Positions 21,134-29,111 of a DNA stretch of 64,000 bases are shown here, in pieces. A program made the translations under genes and the position numbers. Position 1 is the first letter of the stretch. Each line of letters opens with the position of its first letter. The notes under the pieces are model-generated. The model ran no database searches. It had not been told where the DNA came from and was given only the letters and a program-made list of their open reading frames with translations. The DNA is from Armatimonadota bacterium (GTDB taxonomy: Bacteria > Vulcanimicrobiota > JACPDS01 > JBDRKI01), in contig JBDRKI010000075.1 of assembly GCA_043814095.1 (NCBI GenBank), positions 424 through 64,423 of the forward strand, read 5' to 3'.

Positions 21134-22267
21134 TTATTTCTTCTTTTTCTCCTCGCCCAGCTCAATTAATCTGTTAAAATCACCGGGACTGGAAGATTTA
21201 CTTAATGCTTCTTCGTAGGTTACCAGCCCTTCGTTATAAAGGTCTCTTAAGGACATATCCATTGACCTCATTCCGTAAACAGAACCCGCCTGTATCAGAT
21301 TCGGGATCTGGTGAGTCTTGCCTTCCCTTATGGTATTTCTTACCGCCGGGTTTACAGGCATAAGCTCCATTGCCATAATCCTGCCGTGCCCGCTTGCTTT
21401 GGGAAGAAGCGTCTGACAGAGAACCCCCTCTAAAGTAACCGAGAGCTGCATCCTGATCTGCTGCTGCTGGTGGGAAGGGAATATATCTATCATCCTGTCT
21501 ATCGTGGCAGGAGCGCTGTTTGTGTGAAGGCTCGCGAGAACAAGGTGTCCGGTTTCGGCAGCGGTAACCGCGATCTGTGTCGTTTCAAGATCGCGCAGCT
21601 CGCCTATCATAACAACATCGGGATCCTGGCGCAAAATATGACGCAATGCATTCCCGAAAGAATGGGTATCTTCATTAATCTCTCTCTGGGAAATAACACT
21701 TATCCGGTCTTTATGCAGGAATTCTATGGGGTCTTCAATTGTTACAATATGGCATTTCTTGTTCTCGTTTATATGGTTTATCATAGCGGCAAGGGTTGTG
21801 GATTTACCGGATCCGGTGGGACCGGTTACAAGTATCAAACCCCTGGGCTTCATTGCCAGATCTTTCAATAACGAAGGAAGTTTTAATTCTTCAATCGTAA
21901 AAGGCCTTACCGGCACAATCCTGAAAGCAGCGGCCCAGCTCCCTCTCTGGAAATAAAGGTTGACCCTGAACCTTGCAAGTCCGGGCACGGAATACGCGAA
22001 ATCAAGCTCTTTCTCCGCGATAAACTCGGCTTTCTGCCTGTCGGTTATGATGCTTTCGCAGAGAAGCCTTATCCTGTCCCCGCTTAATACCAGTGAACTG
22101 TTGGGTATCAGCTCCCCGTCAACTCTTATCATAGGAGGGCTTCCCGCTTTTATGTGAAGGTCGGACGCGGCTTTTTTTACCATATCGGCAAGCATATCTT
22201 CCATTGTAAATTCTTCATCAAGCATCTGCCGGGTATCTTTTGCTTTTTCTTCGGCCATTTTAAACAC
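21134..22267 (-). CDS. pilT: Twitching motility ATPase PilT
   Basis: GPTGSGKSTT Walker A. PilT-specific regions (AHLVLASLHTNSA, GMRSMDMSL). 377 aa. Confidence 0.85.
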   Translation of the reverse strand: MFKMAEEKAKDTRQMLDEEFTMEDMLADMVKKAASDLHIKAGSPPMIRVDGELIPNSSLVLSGDRIRLLCESIITDRQKAEFIAEKELDFAYSVPGLARFRVNLYFQRGSWAAAFRIVPVRPFTIEELKLPSLLKDLAMKPRGLILVTGPTGSGKSTTLAAMINHINENKKCHIVTIEDPIEFLHKDRISVISQREINEDTHSFGNALRHILRQDPDVVMIGELRDLETTQIAVTAAETGHLVLASLHTNSAPATIDRMIDIFPSHQQQQIRMQLSVTLEGVLCQTLLPKASGHGRIMAMELMPVNPAVRNTIREGKTHQIPNLIQAGSVYGMRSMDMSLRDLYNEGLVTYEEALSKSSSPGDFNRLIELGEEKKKK

Positions 22268-22389
22268 CTCTTATATATTTTAAATATAACTGATTTAAAC
22301 TAAAAAAATAATATCTTATTCACAGCTTATATCTTTTCTATATATTAATAATAATCCCTGTTACAGCTTATTACTAATTATATCTTTGC

Positions 22390-22815
22390 TTATTCTTTAT
22401 AAATAAAACCGAGTATGGCTCCGTTAACTAAATTAACAAACAAGGCCTGCAGTATCCAGTATATAACTACTGTTGTGGCTATTGTCATATAGAAGGGCAT
22501 GGAGCCCACCCCTATAAGAGCAGATACCATCCATATAAAGAAGCCGTATGTCATCCCCTTTACCGCACCCTGGCCCGGTATGCCTTTATAGAATACGGCA
22601 TATACCAGAGCAAATATTATGGAGCTTATTAACCCGACCAGGTTCATCAATGCCATATTGGTTGTATTCATCATCATAGCCGGATCTTTCCAGATTACAG
22701 GGGGAATTTTATAAACCCAGTTAAATAAATGACCGCATGTAACAATACCGACAACGGTACTAACTATCCACATAATAAAGCCGGCAAGTAAAATTTTACC
22801 TGTTTTCATATGCAC
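22390..22815 (-). CDS. Hypothetical small integral membrane protein (4 TM)
   Basis: Strong RBS (GGGAGGTG) 5 nt upstream of the ATG. Hydrophobic TM-segment composition. Confidence 0.5.
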   Translation of the reverse strand: MHMKTGKILLAGFIMWIVSTVVGIVTCGHLFNWVYKIPPVIWKDPAMMMNTTNMALMNLVGLISSIIFALVYAVFYKGIPGQGAVKGMTYGFFIWMVSALIGVGSMPFYMTIATTVVIYWILQALFVNLVNGAILGFIYKE

Positions 22816-22861
22816 CTCCCTGGTTTGACTTAAATTCTCCTTTTCGGCTTAAAAACCTCCA

Positions 22862-22941
22862 AAAATACTCCTTTTGGTAGCATTTTTCACTAAAAATTAC
22901 CCCACTTGACCTATATCCGTATACGCGGGGGGGGGTATAAT
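22862..22941 (+). promoter_or_regulatory. Conserved promoter module for family copy 1: AAAATACTCCTTTTGG motif, TTGACC box, G9 tract, TATAAT
   Basis: Motif 22862-22877, TTGACC 22906-22911, poly-G 22927-22935 (9 G), TATAAT 22936-22941. The same module lies upstream of the 25082 and 39879 genes. The 57595(-) copy keeps only the poly-G tract and TATAAT. Confidence 0.45.
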
Positions 22942-23033
22942 ATAGATGGGAAGAGGAAACAAGGTTTCTTACAACTGATATTTTATGGTAAAAAAGCCAT
23001 TAAATAAAATAAAAAGAACGGAGGTTAACCAAG

Positions 23034-23507
23034 GTGAAAAAACTACTTATAGCGCTTGTAGCGATAGCATTTCTGACAACAGCGGCATTTGCCGGGTCAA
23101 CTGACACACAGACTGTGTATTATGAGATTGATGCAATTAATGAACTTGTTTTTGGCGATGATACAACCTTAACAATGGACACTGCAACTGCAGGGGATGA
23201 ACCTTTTCACGATTTCAAATATCCTACCTATAACATTACTACTAACGAAGCTGCTAAAAAATTAACTGCTTCAATTAACGCAACAATGCCGAATCGTGTA
23301 TACTTCAGAGTAAAGGCAGAAGCACCAACCGGCGCTAGCAGTACCGGCTTACAATATATGAACACAACTGCCAAAAATCTTGTAACCGGTATTGAAACCG
23401 TAGTAGAGTCCGGTATAACTTATACCTTAAATACCTATGCATATGCTGATGCCGGTCTACCGCCTGATGGTTCAAGAGTCATAACCTTCACATTATGTGA
23501 CGAATAA
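23034..23507 (+). CDS. Small secreted protein, variable-core family copy 1 (157 aa)
   Basis: GTG start after a GGAGG RBS. Sec signal with AFA|GS cleavage site. Conserved STDTQTVYYEIDAINE N-terminus and LPPDGSRVITFTLCDE C-terminus shared with three paralogs. Divergent middle. Confidence 0.7.
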   Translation: MKKLLIALVAIAFLTTAAFAGSTDTQTVYYEIDAINELVFGDDTTLTMDTATAGDEPFHDFKYPTYNITTNEAAKKLTASINATMPNRVYFRVKAEAPTGASSTGLQYMNTTAKNLVTGIETVVESGITYTLNTYAYADAGLPPDGSRVITFTLCDE

Positions 23508-23533
23508 ACAGATATTTTAAGTTAGTGTTGAAA

Positions 23534-23560
23534 AAGCATACTCATGCGGTATGCTTTTTT
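23534..23560. terminator. Rho-independent terminator (AAGCATAC-loop-GTATGCTT plus T-run), bidirectional, shared with the convergent ATPase gene
   Basis: Perfect 8-bp stem followed by TTTTTT. An A-run precedes it on the other strand. Confidence 0.6.
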
Positions 23561-24816
23561 ATATCCTGTGCCGCGGCAAAAATCTCCCACGGATATAAAG
23601 ATTTAATTCTTTCATCTTCGCCGGAAGATAGTTTTTGCAGGGATATAACCCAGGCATCTTTCTGTTTGTATTTATCTATAAATGAGATGAGTGTTGACAG
23701 TGATTTTTGCGGATACGAAAGTTTGGCTTCTGCCGGGATTTTCTTAAAATTAAGATCCGCGATAAAATCTATCTCCGTTTTCTGTTTAGTCCTCCAGTAT
23801 TTTACAATCTCTTTTCCTAATGCCGAACGGATTGCGCAGTAAACAGCGTTTTCAAACAGCTCCCCGCTTACTTTATCCAGAAAAACGCCGTATTTTAAAA
23901 GATTGGCTATGCCTGTATCCTCAAAAAATATTTTAGACATTTTCGATATCTCGCTTCTTATATTCGTATAAAACGGCGGTACCATCTTTATAATGTAAGT
24001 GTTTTCCATAATAAAAAGATATTCTTCTATTGTCGGCCTTGATATCCCTATGGTAGAAGAAAGCTCCAGAACATTTAACAAAGATCCTGTTTTATCCGCC
24101 AAAACCCGGAGAAGTTTATTAAATCGGTTAACATCCCGTATATGACCTAAATCTCTTATATCTTTCTTAACATATGTATTTATAACTTGTTTAAGATATG
24201 TTTCTTTTGCATCGATAGATTTTTCAAGCACAATTTTGGGATACCCGCCGTAAATTAGGTACTCCTTAAAAAGACCGGACAGCTCCTTATTAACGGTTTC
24301 AGACTGAAAGGCTTTGAAAGATGACAGATCGTAATTAATTTCTTTAAACACCAGAAACTCTTCAAAATCCAGAGGATAAAGTTCGAAGTCTACGGTTCTT
24401 CCTGCCAGGGAATCTTTAAATTTACTTTTTACCTGAAAACTGGATGATCCGGAAACGATAATCTTCAACCATTCGTAATGATCGTGGAGTATTTTAAGAA
24501 GCGGGGATGGGTTATCCAGATATTGAATTTCATCTATCAGTATGTAAATTTTATTGTTTTTGTCTATATTCTTATGACTTTCAATATAGCTAACGACTTC
24601 TTTATGTCCCTTATTAAACATTTCTAAGAAAGTAAAATCTTCCAGATCAAAATAAAAAATATTATCAGGCAGAACTCCTTTCTCATTTATAAGCTTATCC
24701 CTTATAATTTTTAATAAAGTAGTTTTTCCCGTCTGCCTGGCGCCATGAATAACCAGAATCTCTCCTTTTTTCAAAAACTTATCGATAGGCTTTAATAATT
24801 TTCTCGGCTTATACAT
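23542..24816 (-). CDS. AAA+ superfamily ATPase, COG1373 / DUF4143-type
   Basis: Walker A (HGARQTGKTTLL), Walker B (ILIDEIQYL), about 420 aa with a C-terminal DUF4143-like region. Paralogs at 44101 and 55711. Confidence 0.8.
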   Translation of the reverse strand: MYKPRKLLKPIDKFLKKGEILVIHGARQTGKTTLLKIIRDKLINEKGVLPDNIFYFDLEDFTFLEMFNKGHKEVVSYIESHKNIDKNNKIYILIDEIQYLDNPSPLLKILHDHYEWLKIIVSGSSSFQVKSKFKDSLAGRTVDFELYPLDFEEFLVFKEINYDLSSFKAFQSETVNKELSGLFKEYLIYGGYPKIVLEKSIDAKETYLKQVINTYVKKDIRDLGHIRDVNRFNKLLRVLADKTGSLLNVLELSSTIGISRPTIEEYLFIMENTYIIKMVPPFYTNIRSEISKMSKIFFEDTGIANLLKYGVFLDKVSGELFENAVYCAIRSALGKEIVKYWRTKQKTEIDFIADLNFKKIPAEAKLSYPQKSLSTLISFIDKYKQKDAWVISLQKLSSGEDERIKSLYPWEIFAAAQDIKKHTA

Positions 24817-24906
24817 AATCTTATTTTACATTTTCCCTTACTTTTTGTCAAGTATGTTTATCATTTTATCTGTAAATATGCTATAAAGACGACTTAAAAA
24901 CCTGCC

Positions 24907-24988
24907 AAAATACTCCTTTTGACCTATGGTTTTAGTCGAAAATTGCCCCACTTGACCTATATCCGTATACGCGGGGGGGGGGTATAAT
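24907..24988 (+). promoter_or_regulatory. Conserved promoter module for family copy 2 (motif, TTGACC, G10 tract, TATAAT)
   Basis: Motif 24907-24924, TTGACC 24952-24957, poly-G 24973-24982 (10 G), TATAAT 24983-24988. Confidence 0.45.
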
Positions 24989-25081
24989 ATAGGTGGGAAG
25001 GGAGAAAGAGACTTCCCTCAATCAAGATTTAAAGGCATAAAAAGCCATTAAATAAAACTAAAAGAAAGGAGGTTAACCAAT

Positions 25082-25564
25082 GTGAAAAAACTACTGATAG
25101 CACTTGTAGTAATAGTATTTCTAGCAGGAGCGGCATTTGCGGCATCAACAGATACCCAGACTGTGTATTATGAGATTGACGCGATAAATGAAATTGATCT
25201 TGATGTGGGTAGCTTAACATTAACAGTTGATTCAGTAGCACAAGCTGGATATCAGCCGGCTTCGGATGTTACCGATTGGATGTTATATGGTATTACAACT
25301 AATTCCACGGGTAAAAAAATAACCGGTTCAATTAATGCAAATGTACCAAGTAATTGTCAGTTGGAGGTTCTTTTGGAAGCCCCTAGCAATGCTGTTTCTA
25401 CGGGATTGAAAAATTTATATTTTCAAGCGACAAATTTAGTAACCAGTATTGAAACGGTTGCAGAAGGAGATGTTAGGTATCGTTTCTATTGGCACGCAAA
25501 TGTTGAAGCCGGTCTCCCCCCAGACGGCTCAAGAGTCGTAACCTACACATTAACGGATGAATAA
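25082..25564 (+). CDS. Small secreted protein, variable-core family copy 2 (160 aa)
   Basis: GTG start, GGAGG RBS. Same conserved termini (…STDTQTVYYEIDAINE… / …LPPDGSRVVTYTLTDE). Confidence 0.7.
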   Translation: MKKLLIALVVIVFLAGAAFAASTDTQTVYYEIDAINEIDLDVGSLTLTVDSVAQAGYQPASDVTDWMLYGITTNSTGKKITGSINANVPSNCQLEVLLEAPSNAVSTGLKNLYFQATNLVTSIETVAEGDVRYRFYWHANVEAGLPPDGSRVVTYTLTDE

Positions 25565-25592
25565 ACAGATATTTTAAGTTAGTGTTAAAAAA

Positions 25593-25620
25593 ACAGCTCC
25601 TTTTTGAGCTGTTTTTTTTA
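25593..25620. terminator. Rho-independent terminator (ACAGCTC-loop-GAGCTGT plus T8), bidirectional with ssrA
   Basis: Stem-loop followed by TTTTTTTT. ssrA 3' end abuts on the opposite strand. Confidence 0.6.
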
Positions 25621-25621
25621 A

Positions 25622-25981
25622 CTTTCTTTTCTGGTGGAGGTGGAGGGATTCGAACCCTCGTCCGAAAAGGTCCCCACAGAGATTCTACAAGCTTATTCCA
25701 GATTTTGTTTCTCGGCGCCCCGGCTCCTCTGAACAGGATCCGCAGAACCCAGCCCCTTTAATTTCCCGCTTAGATAAGAGGCGGTTTCAAAACGGTAAGC
25801 CATCCTATTTTGGCGCCCTTATTTAGGCCGGCTGGCGGACCTAAGAGGACGTAGCCGCGTTAAGCGGCTAGTGCTAATTCGTTATCAGCGTTTATTTGTT
25901 TTCTAACTTTTTAACGAGCTGTCAGCAACTCGGCCTGCTGCCTCTGCCAAAACACATCCCGTCGAAACCTTGTCACCCCCC
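25622..25981 (-). ncRNA. ssrA: tmRNA (transfer-messenger RNA, SsrA)
   Basis: Minus-strand 5' end GGGGGTGACAAGGTTTCGACGGG. 3' end GGTTCGAATCCCTCCACCTCCACCA (T-arm plus CCA). Internal tag reading frame GCT GAT AAC GAA TTA GCA CTA GCC GCT TAA gives (A)ADNELALAA*. smpB lies 1.6 kb away. Confidence 0.8.
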
Positions 25982-26098
25982 ATGAGCATTATAGCATTTA
26001 AAATTACTTTAGGCAATGATAATTTTGATATCTAAAGGTAAAAATTCTTAATGGAAGAATATAGATTGTATCTTGTTATTTAAAAGGAGACGGTAAAT

Positions 26099-27313
26099 AT
26101 GCATCAATCTAAAAAGATATTGACTTATCTTGTTTTTATCTTTATTTTTCTTTTTCTTACGGTTAGTTGCGTCATGGCTAAAGAAAATATTTATTTTATG
26201 CGCAATAATGATATATGGCTGCTTGATTTAAACACTAATAATTACAAGCAGTTCACAAATTCGGGCAAGTATTACGACATAGTCCTCTCACCCGATAAAA
26301 CAAAAGCCGCTTATATAGTAAACCTGAAACGCAACGATATGGGCGGGTACTCGGGAATCCTTGCGGCATCAAATATAGACGGGACGGGTGAGATTATTTA
26401 TAAGGATATTTCGGTTTTCCCCGGACAGTTCTCCTGGAGTCCTGACGGAAAAAAAATAGCCGTGATACCTGAGACGGAAAAATTAACCATTCTTGATTAC
26501 GAAACAGGAAAAACAGCGCCTCTTGAAATTGAAGCGGAAAAAATATGGTACCCAAGCTGGTCGCCTGACGGCAAAAAGATAGCACTGCGCGCAAGTAAAA
26601 AAGGGATAGGCGATGTTTTAATATATAATACAGAAAGCAAAGATACCGTTTCCGCTTACGAATCACTATTTAAATGGGGTTCGGGATACTTTCCCGCGCC
26701 TGCAGACTGGACACCCGACAGCAAAAAAATAGTCTTTGAAATACAGCAGTTAAATAATGCCAATAATAAGCTGCTGGTAGAAGATCTGGAAACAGGTGAA
26801 GTGGAACAGATAGGTGAAGGATTCTCTCCCCTGTTCTCCTCAAAAGGCAATATGATTGCCTTTATAGCGTTCAAGCAGGATATGAATCAGGACAATATCG
26901 TTGATCTTATGGACGCCGATATTTACATTTACTATATGGACTCGAAAGAAACTAAAAACATAACTAAATCCCCTGAACCGGAAAGAATAGTTGCATGGGC
27001 TGAAGAGATAGATAAAATTCTTTATAACCAGATATACTACCAGGGCAATAAAGAAACGGCTAACCTGCATTCGGCTAATATAGCTTACGGCACAAACCAG
27101 GAGCTTATAAAAAACGCTTACGGGCTCGCATGGGAAGAAAAAGGAAAAGCCGTGGGCATAGCATCAACTACACCCGCAGCCGATAAAACAGAAACTCCGG
27201 AGAAAACCTCCAAAACAAAAGCAGCTACACTTCCTTTTATAATAATATTCTTACTGATTGCGGTACTGGCTGCAGCGGTTTTAATAATGCGCATCAAACG
27301 TAAAAACATGTAA
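26099..27313 (+). CDS. Secreted/anchored beta-propeller (TolB-like WD40 repeat) protein with C-terminal TM anchor
   Basis: Signal peptide. Repeated …SPDGKKIA… blades. C-terminal hydrophobic helix followed by basic residues. Confidence 0.6.
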   Translation: MHQSKKILTYLVFIFIFLFLTVSCVMAKENIYFMRNNDIWLLDLNTNNYKQFTNSGKYYDIVLSPDKTKAAYIVNLKRNDMGGYSGILAASNIDGTGEIIYKDISVFPGQFSWSPDGKKIAVIPETEKLTILDYETGKTAPLEIEAEKIWYPSWSPDGKKIALRASKKGIGDVLIYNTESKDTVSAYESLFKWGSGYFPAPADWTPDSKKIVFEIQQLNNANNKLLVEDLETGEVEQIGEGFSPLFSSKGNMIAFIAFKQDMNQDNIVDLMDADIYIYYMDSKETKNITKSPEPERIVAWAEEIDKILYNQIYYQGNKETANLHSANIAYGTNQELIKNAYGLAWEEKGKAVGIASTTPAADKTETPEKTSKTKAATLPFIIIFLLIAVLAAAVLIMRIKRKNM

Positions 27314-27334
27314 TGAAAAAGAGGATGTCCTCAA

Positions 27335-27583
27335 CTAAGCCACCTCAAACTGCTGTATTCCGATAAATTCCGGCAGGTGTCTTTTTTCATATAAGGTCAT
27401 TTCTTCTAAGCATAATTCCGCTACTTCTTTAAGATTTTTTTGCAGTTCCTCCAGGGTTTTTGCTTGAGTATGCGCCCCGCGGATCGAGGGAACAATTCCT
27501 ACATATAATCCAGATTCCGAGTCTTTTTCAATATATGCTGTTATTCTATGCATTGAAATTCTTCCACAAATTCTATTTAACAA
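27335..27583 (-). CDS. HicB-like (UPF0150) type II antitoxin-family protein. Apparently orphan.
   Basis: …YIEKDSESGLYVGIVPSIRGAHTQAKTLEEL… matches the HicB N-domain family. The likely true start is the internal ATG at 27553. No hicA-like ORF is seen adjacent. Confidence 0.5.
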   Translation of the reverse strand: MLNRICGRISMHRITAYIEKDSESGLYVGIVPSIRGAHTQAKTLEELQKNLKEVAELCLEEMTLYEKRHLPEFIGIQQFEVA

Positions 27584-27623
27584 AATTATATAAAATTCTC
27601 ACATGAAACACAATTGATAATTA

Positions 27624-28085
27624 TTACTCTTTTCCTTTATCCCTTACCGCTCTGTCAATTTCTCTTTGCTGTTCTTTCTTTTTTAAGCTTTCGCGCTTAT
27701 CGTATGTATGTTTTCCCTTGGCAAGGCCAAGCTCTACTTTGGCATAACCGCCCTTAAAATACATTTTTGTGGGCACCAGGGTAAGCCCTTTCTGCTGTGT
27801 CGCGCCTATAAGGCGCTTTATTTCTGACTTATTTAAAAGAAGCTTCCTTTTTCTTTTGGGATCGCGGTTGTAATAAGAGCCTTTCTCGTAAGGCGAGATA
27901 TGGCAGTTCACGAGATACGCTTCTCCTTTTGTAATCTGAGCGTAAGAATCCTGGAGGCTTACTTTTCCCTGGCGCAGGGACTTAACTTCAGTGCCTGCAA
28001 GAACAATGCCGGCCTCATACTTTTCTATGATATGATACTGGAAATACGCTTTTTTATTTGTGACTATATTTTTCTCGCCCTTCAC
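27624..28085 (-). CDS. smpB: SsrA-binding protein
   Basis: Conserved SmpB sequence (…NKKAYFQYHIIEKYEAGIVLAGTEVKSLR…). 153 aa. Confidence 0.9.
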   Translation of the reverse strand: MKGEKNIVTNKKAYFQYHIIEKYEAGIVLAGTEVKSLRQGKVSLQDSYAQITKGEAYLVNCHISPYEKGSYYNRDPKRKRKLLLNKSEIKRLIGATQQKGLTLVPTKMYFKGGYAKVELGLAKGKHTYDKRESLKKKEQQREIDRAVRDKGKE

Positions 28086-28087
28086 TC

Positions 28088-28498
28088 TTAACCTCTCTTA
28101 GCCGATTCGCTCACCTTAATAAAAGTTGATGTGCCTTCCGCCACAATTTCTCCTTTTGAATTTTCAATGCGGGCTTTGCCGAAAACAAGCTTCCCCTTTT
28201 CTTCGGTAATTGCGGCATATGCCTTTAAATTATCTCCTACCAAAGCGGGTTTTTTAAATTTAACTTCCAGCTTTCCGGTAACGCCGTAATAGCCTTTCCC
28301 GATGCACAGATAAGCCATTGCCTCATCAAGAAGGGTGCTTATTATCCCCCCGTGAACTACATCCTTAAATCCCTGATGAATTTTCAGAGGGGTAAAAGAA
28401 CAGGTTAAACTGTCTTTATCATGGTTAAACTTAAGTTTAAGACCTGCCGGGTTATCCGGCCCGCAGGCAAAACAGTATCTATCATCGGTAAAATCCAT
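28088..28498 (-). CDS. PaaI/YbgC-type hotdog-fold acyl-CoA thioesterase
   Basis: 136 aa. HGG motif (DVVHGGIISTLLDEAMA) typical of PaaI-family thioesterases. Confidence 0.7.
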   Translation of the reverse strand: MDFTDDRYCFACGPDNPAGLKLKFNHDKDSLTCSFTPLKIHQGFKDVVHGGIISTLLDEAMAYLCIGKGYYGVTGKLEVKFKKPALVGDNLKAYAAITEEKGKLVFGKARIENSKGEIVAEGTSTFIKVSESAKRG

Positions 28499-29111
28499 AT
28501 CTTTTCTCCAAATTTTGAAGTATCTGTCTTTTTAAATCTTTTTTTGTTCCGTTATTTTCTATTATGACATCTGCAAATCCTGATTTTTCCTTCAAGCTCA
28601 TCTGGGACCTTATCCTGAGGAGGGCACCGGCTCTGCTTACTTTATCTCTTTTCATAACCCTTTCAATCTGCCTTTTCTGAGAGCAGGTTATGAGCCAGAT
28701 ATCTTTAACAAGCTTGGTCTGCCCGGCCTCTATTAACAAAGGAGCCGCCAGCACCGTAATACCGGCTCCGGCGGCTTTAATCCGTTTTTTTATTTCCTTT
28801 ATTATTTCAGGATGGGTTATACTACTTAACCTGGCGAGCTTATTTTTATCTTTAAAAACTATTTTTGCCAATATTTTTTTATCAAGAGTCAGGTCTTTAT
28901 TTAAAATATTTCTGCCGAACTCTTTAGCTATTTTTAAGTTTAATCCGCTCCCTGCTTCTGTCAGGTCTTTATAAATCTCATCCGCGTTAATTACAAAGGC
29001 GCCTATAGAAGCAAATACGGAAGATGCCGTTTTTTTGCCTGTGGCAATTCCCCCCGTAAGCCCTATAACTATTTTACCGGCCTTCTGTTTTTTCTTCTTC
29101 GTTTTTCTCAT
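28482..29111 (-). CDS. coaE: Dephospho-CoA kinase
   Basis: P-loop GLTGGIATGKKT and the CoaE fold. 209 aa. Confidence 0.85.
   Translation of the reverse strand: MRKTKKKKQKAGKIVIGLTGGIATGKKTASSVFASIGAFVINADEIYKDLTEAGSGLNLKIAKEFGRNILNKDLTLDKKILAKIVFKDKNKLARLSSITHPEIIKEIKKRIKAAGAGITVLAAPLLIEAGQTKLVKDIWLITCSQKRQIERVMKRDKVSRAGALLRIRSQMSLKEKSGFADVIIENNGTKKDLKRQILQNLEKRYGFYR

Noticed and set aside
22906-22941. Treating TTGACC…TATAAT as a canonical sigma-70 promoter
   Set aside because: The spacer is 24-25 nt in the copies that carry the box, not 17±1. The -10 call is plausible, but the -35 assignment and the sigma factor remain open. I report it as a module, not a canonical promoter.
23034-23507. 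Small-family proteins as type IV pilins (PilB/PilT genes are nearby)
   Set aside because: They have a classic Sec signal with an AxA cleavage site. They lack a G|F(T/S) prepilin site and the N-terminal hydrophobic alpha-helix.
27335-27583. Complete hicAB toxin-antitoxin pair
   Set aside because: Only the HicB-like gene is present. No roughly 60-aa HicA-like ORF flanks it, since the intergenic gaps on either side are under 45 nt.
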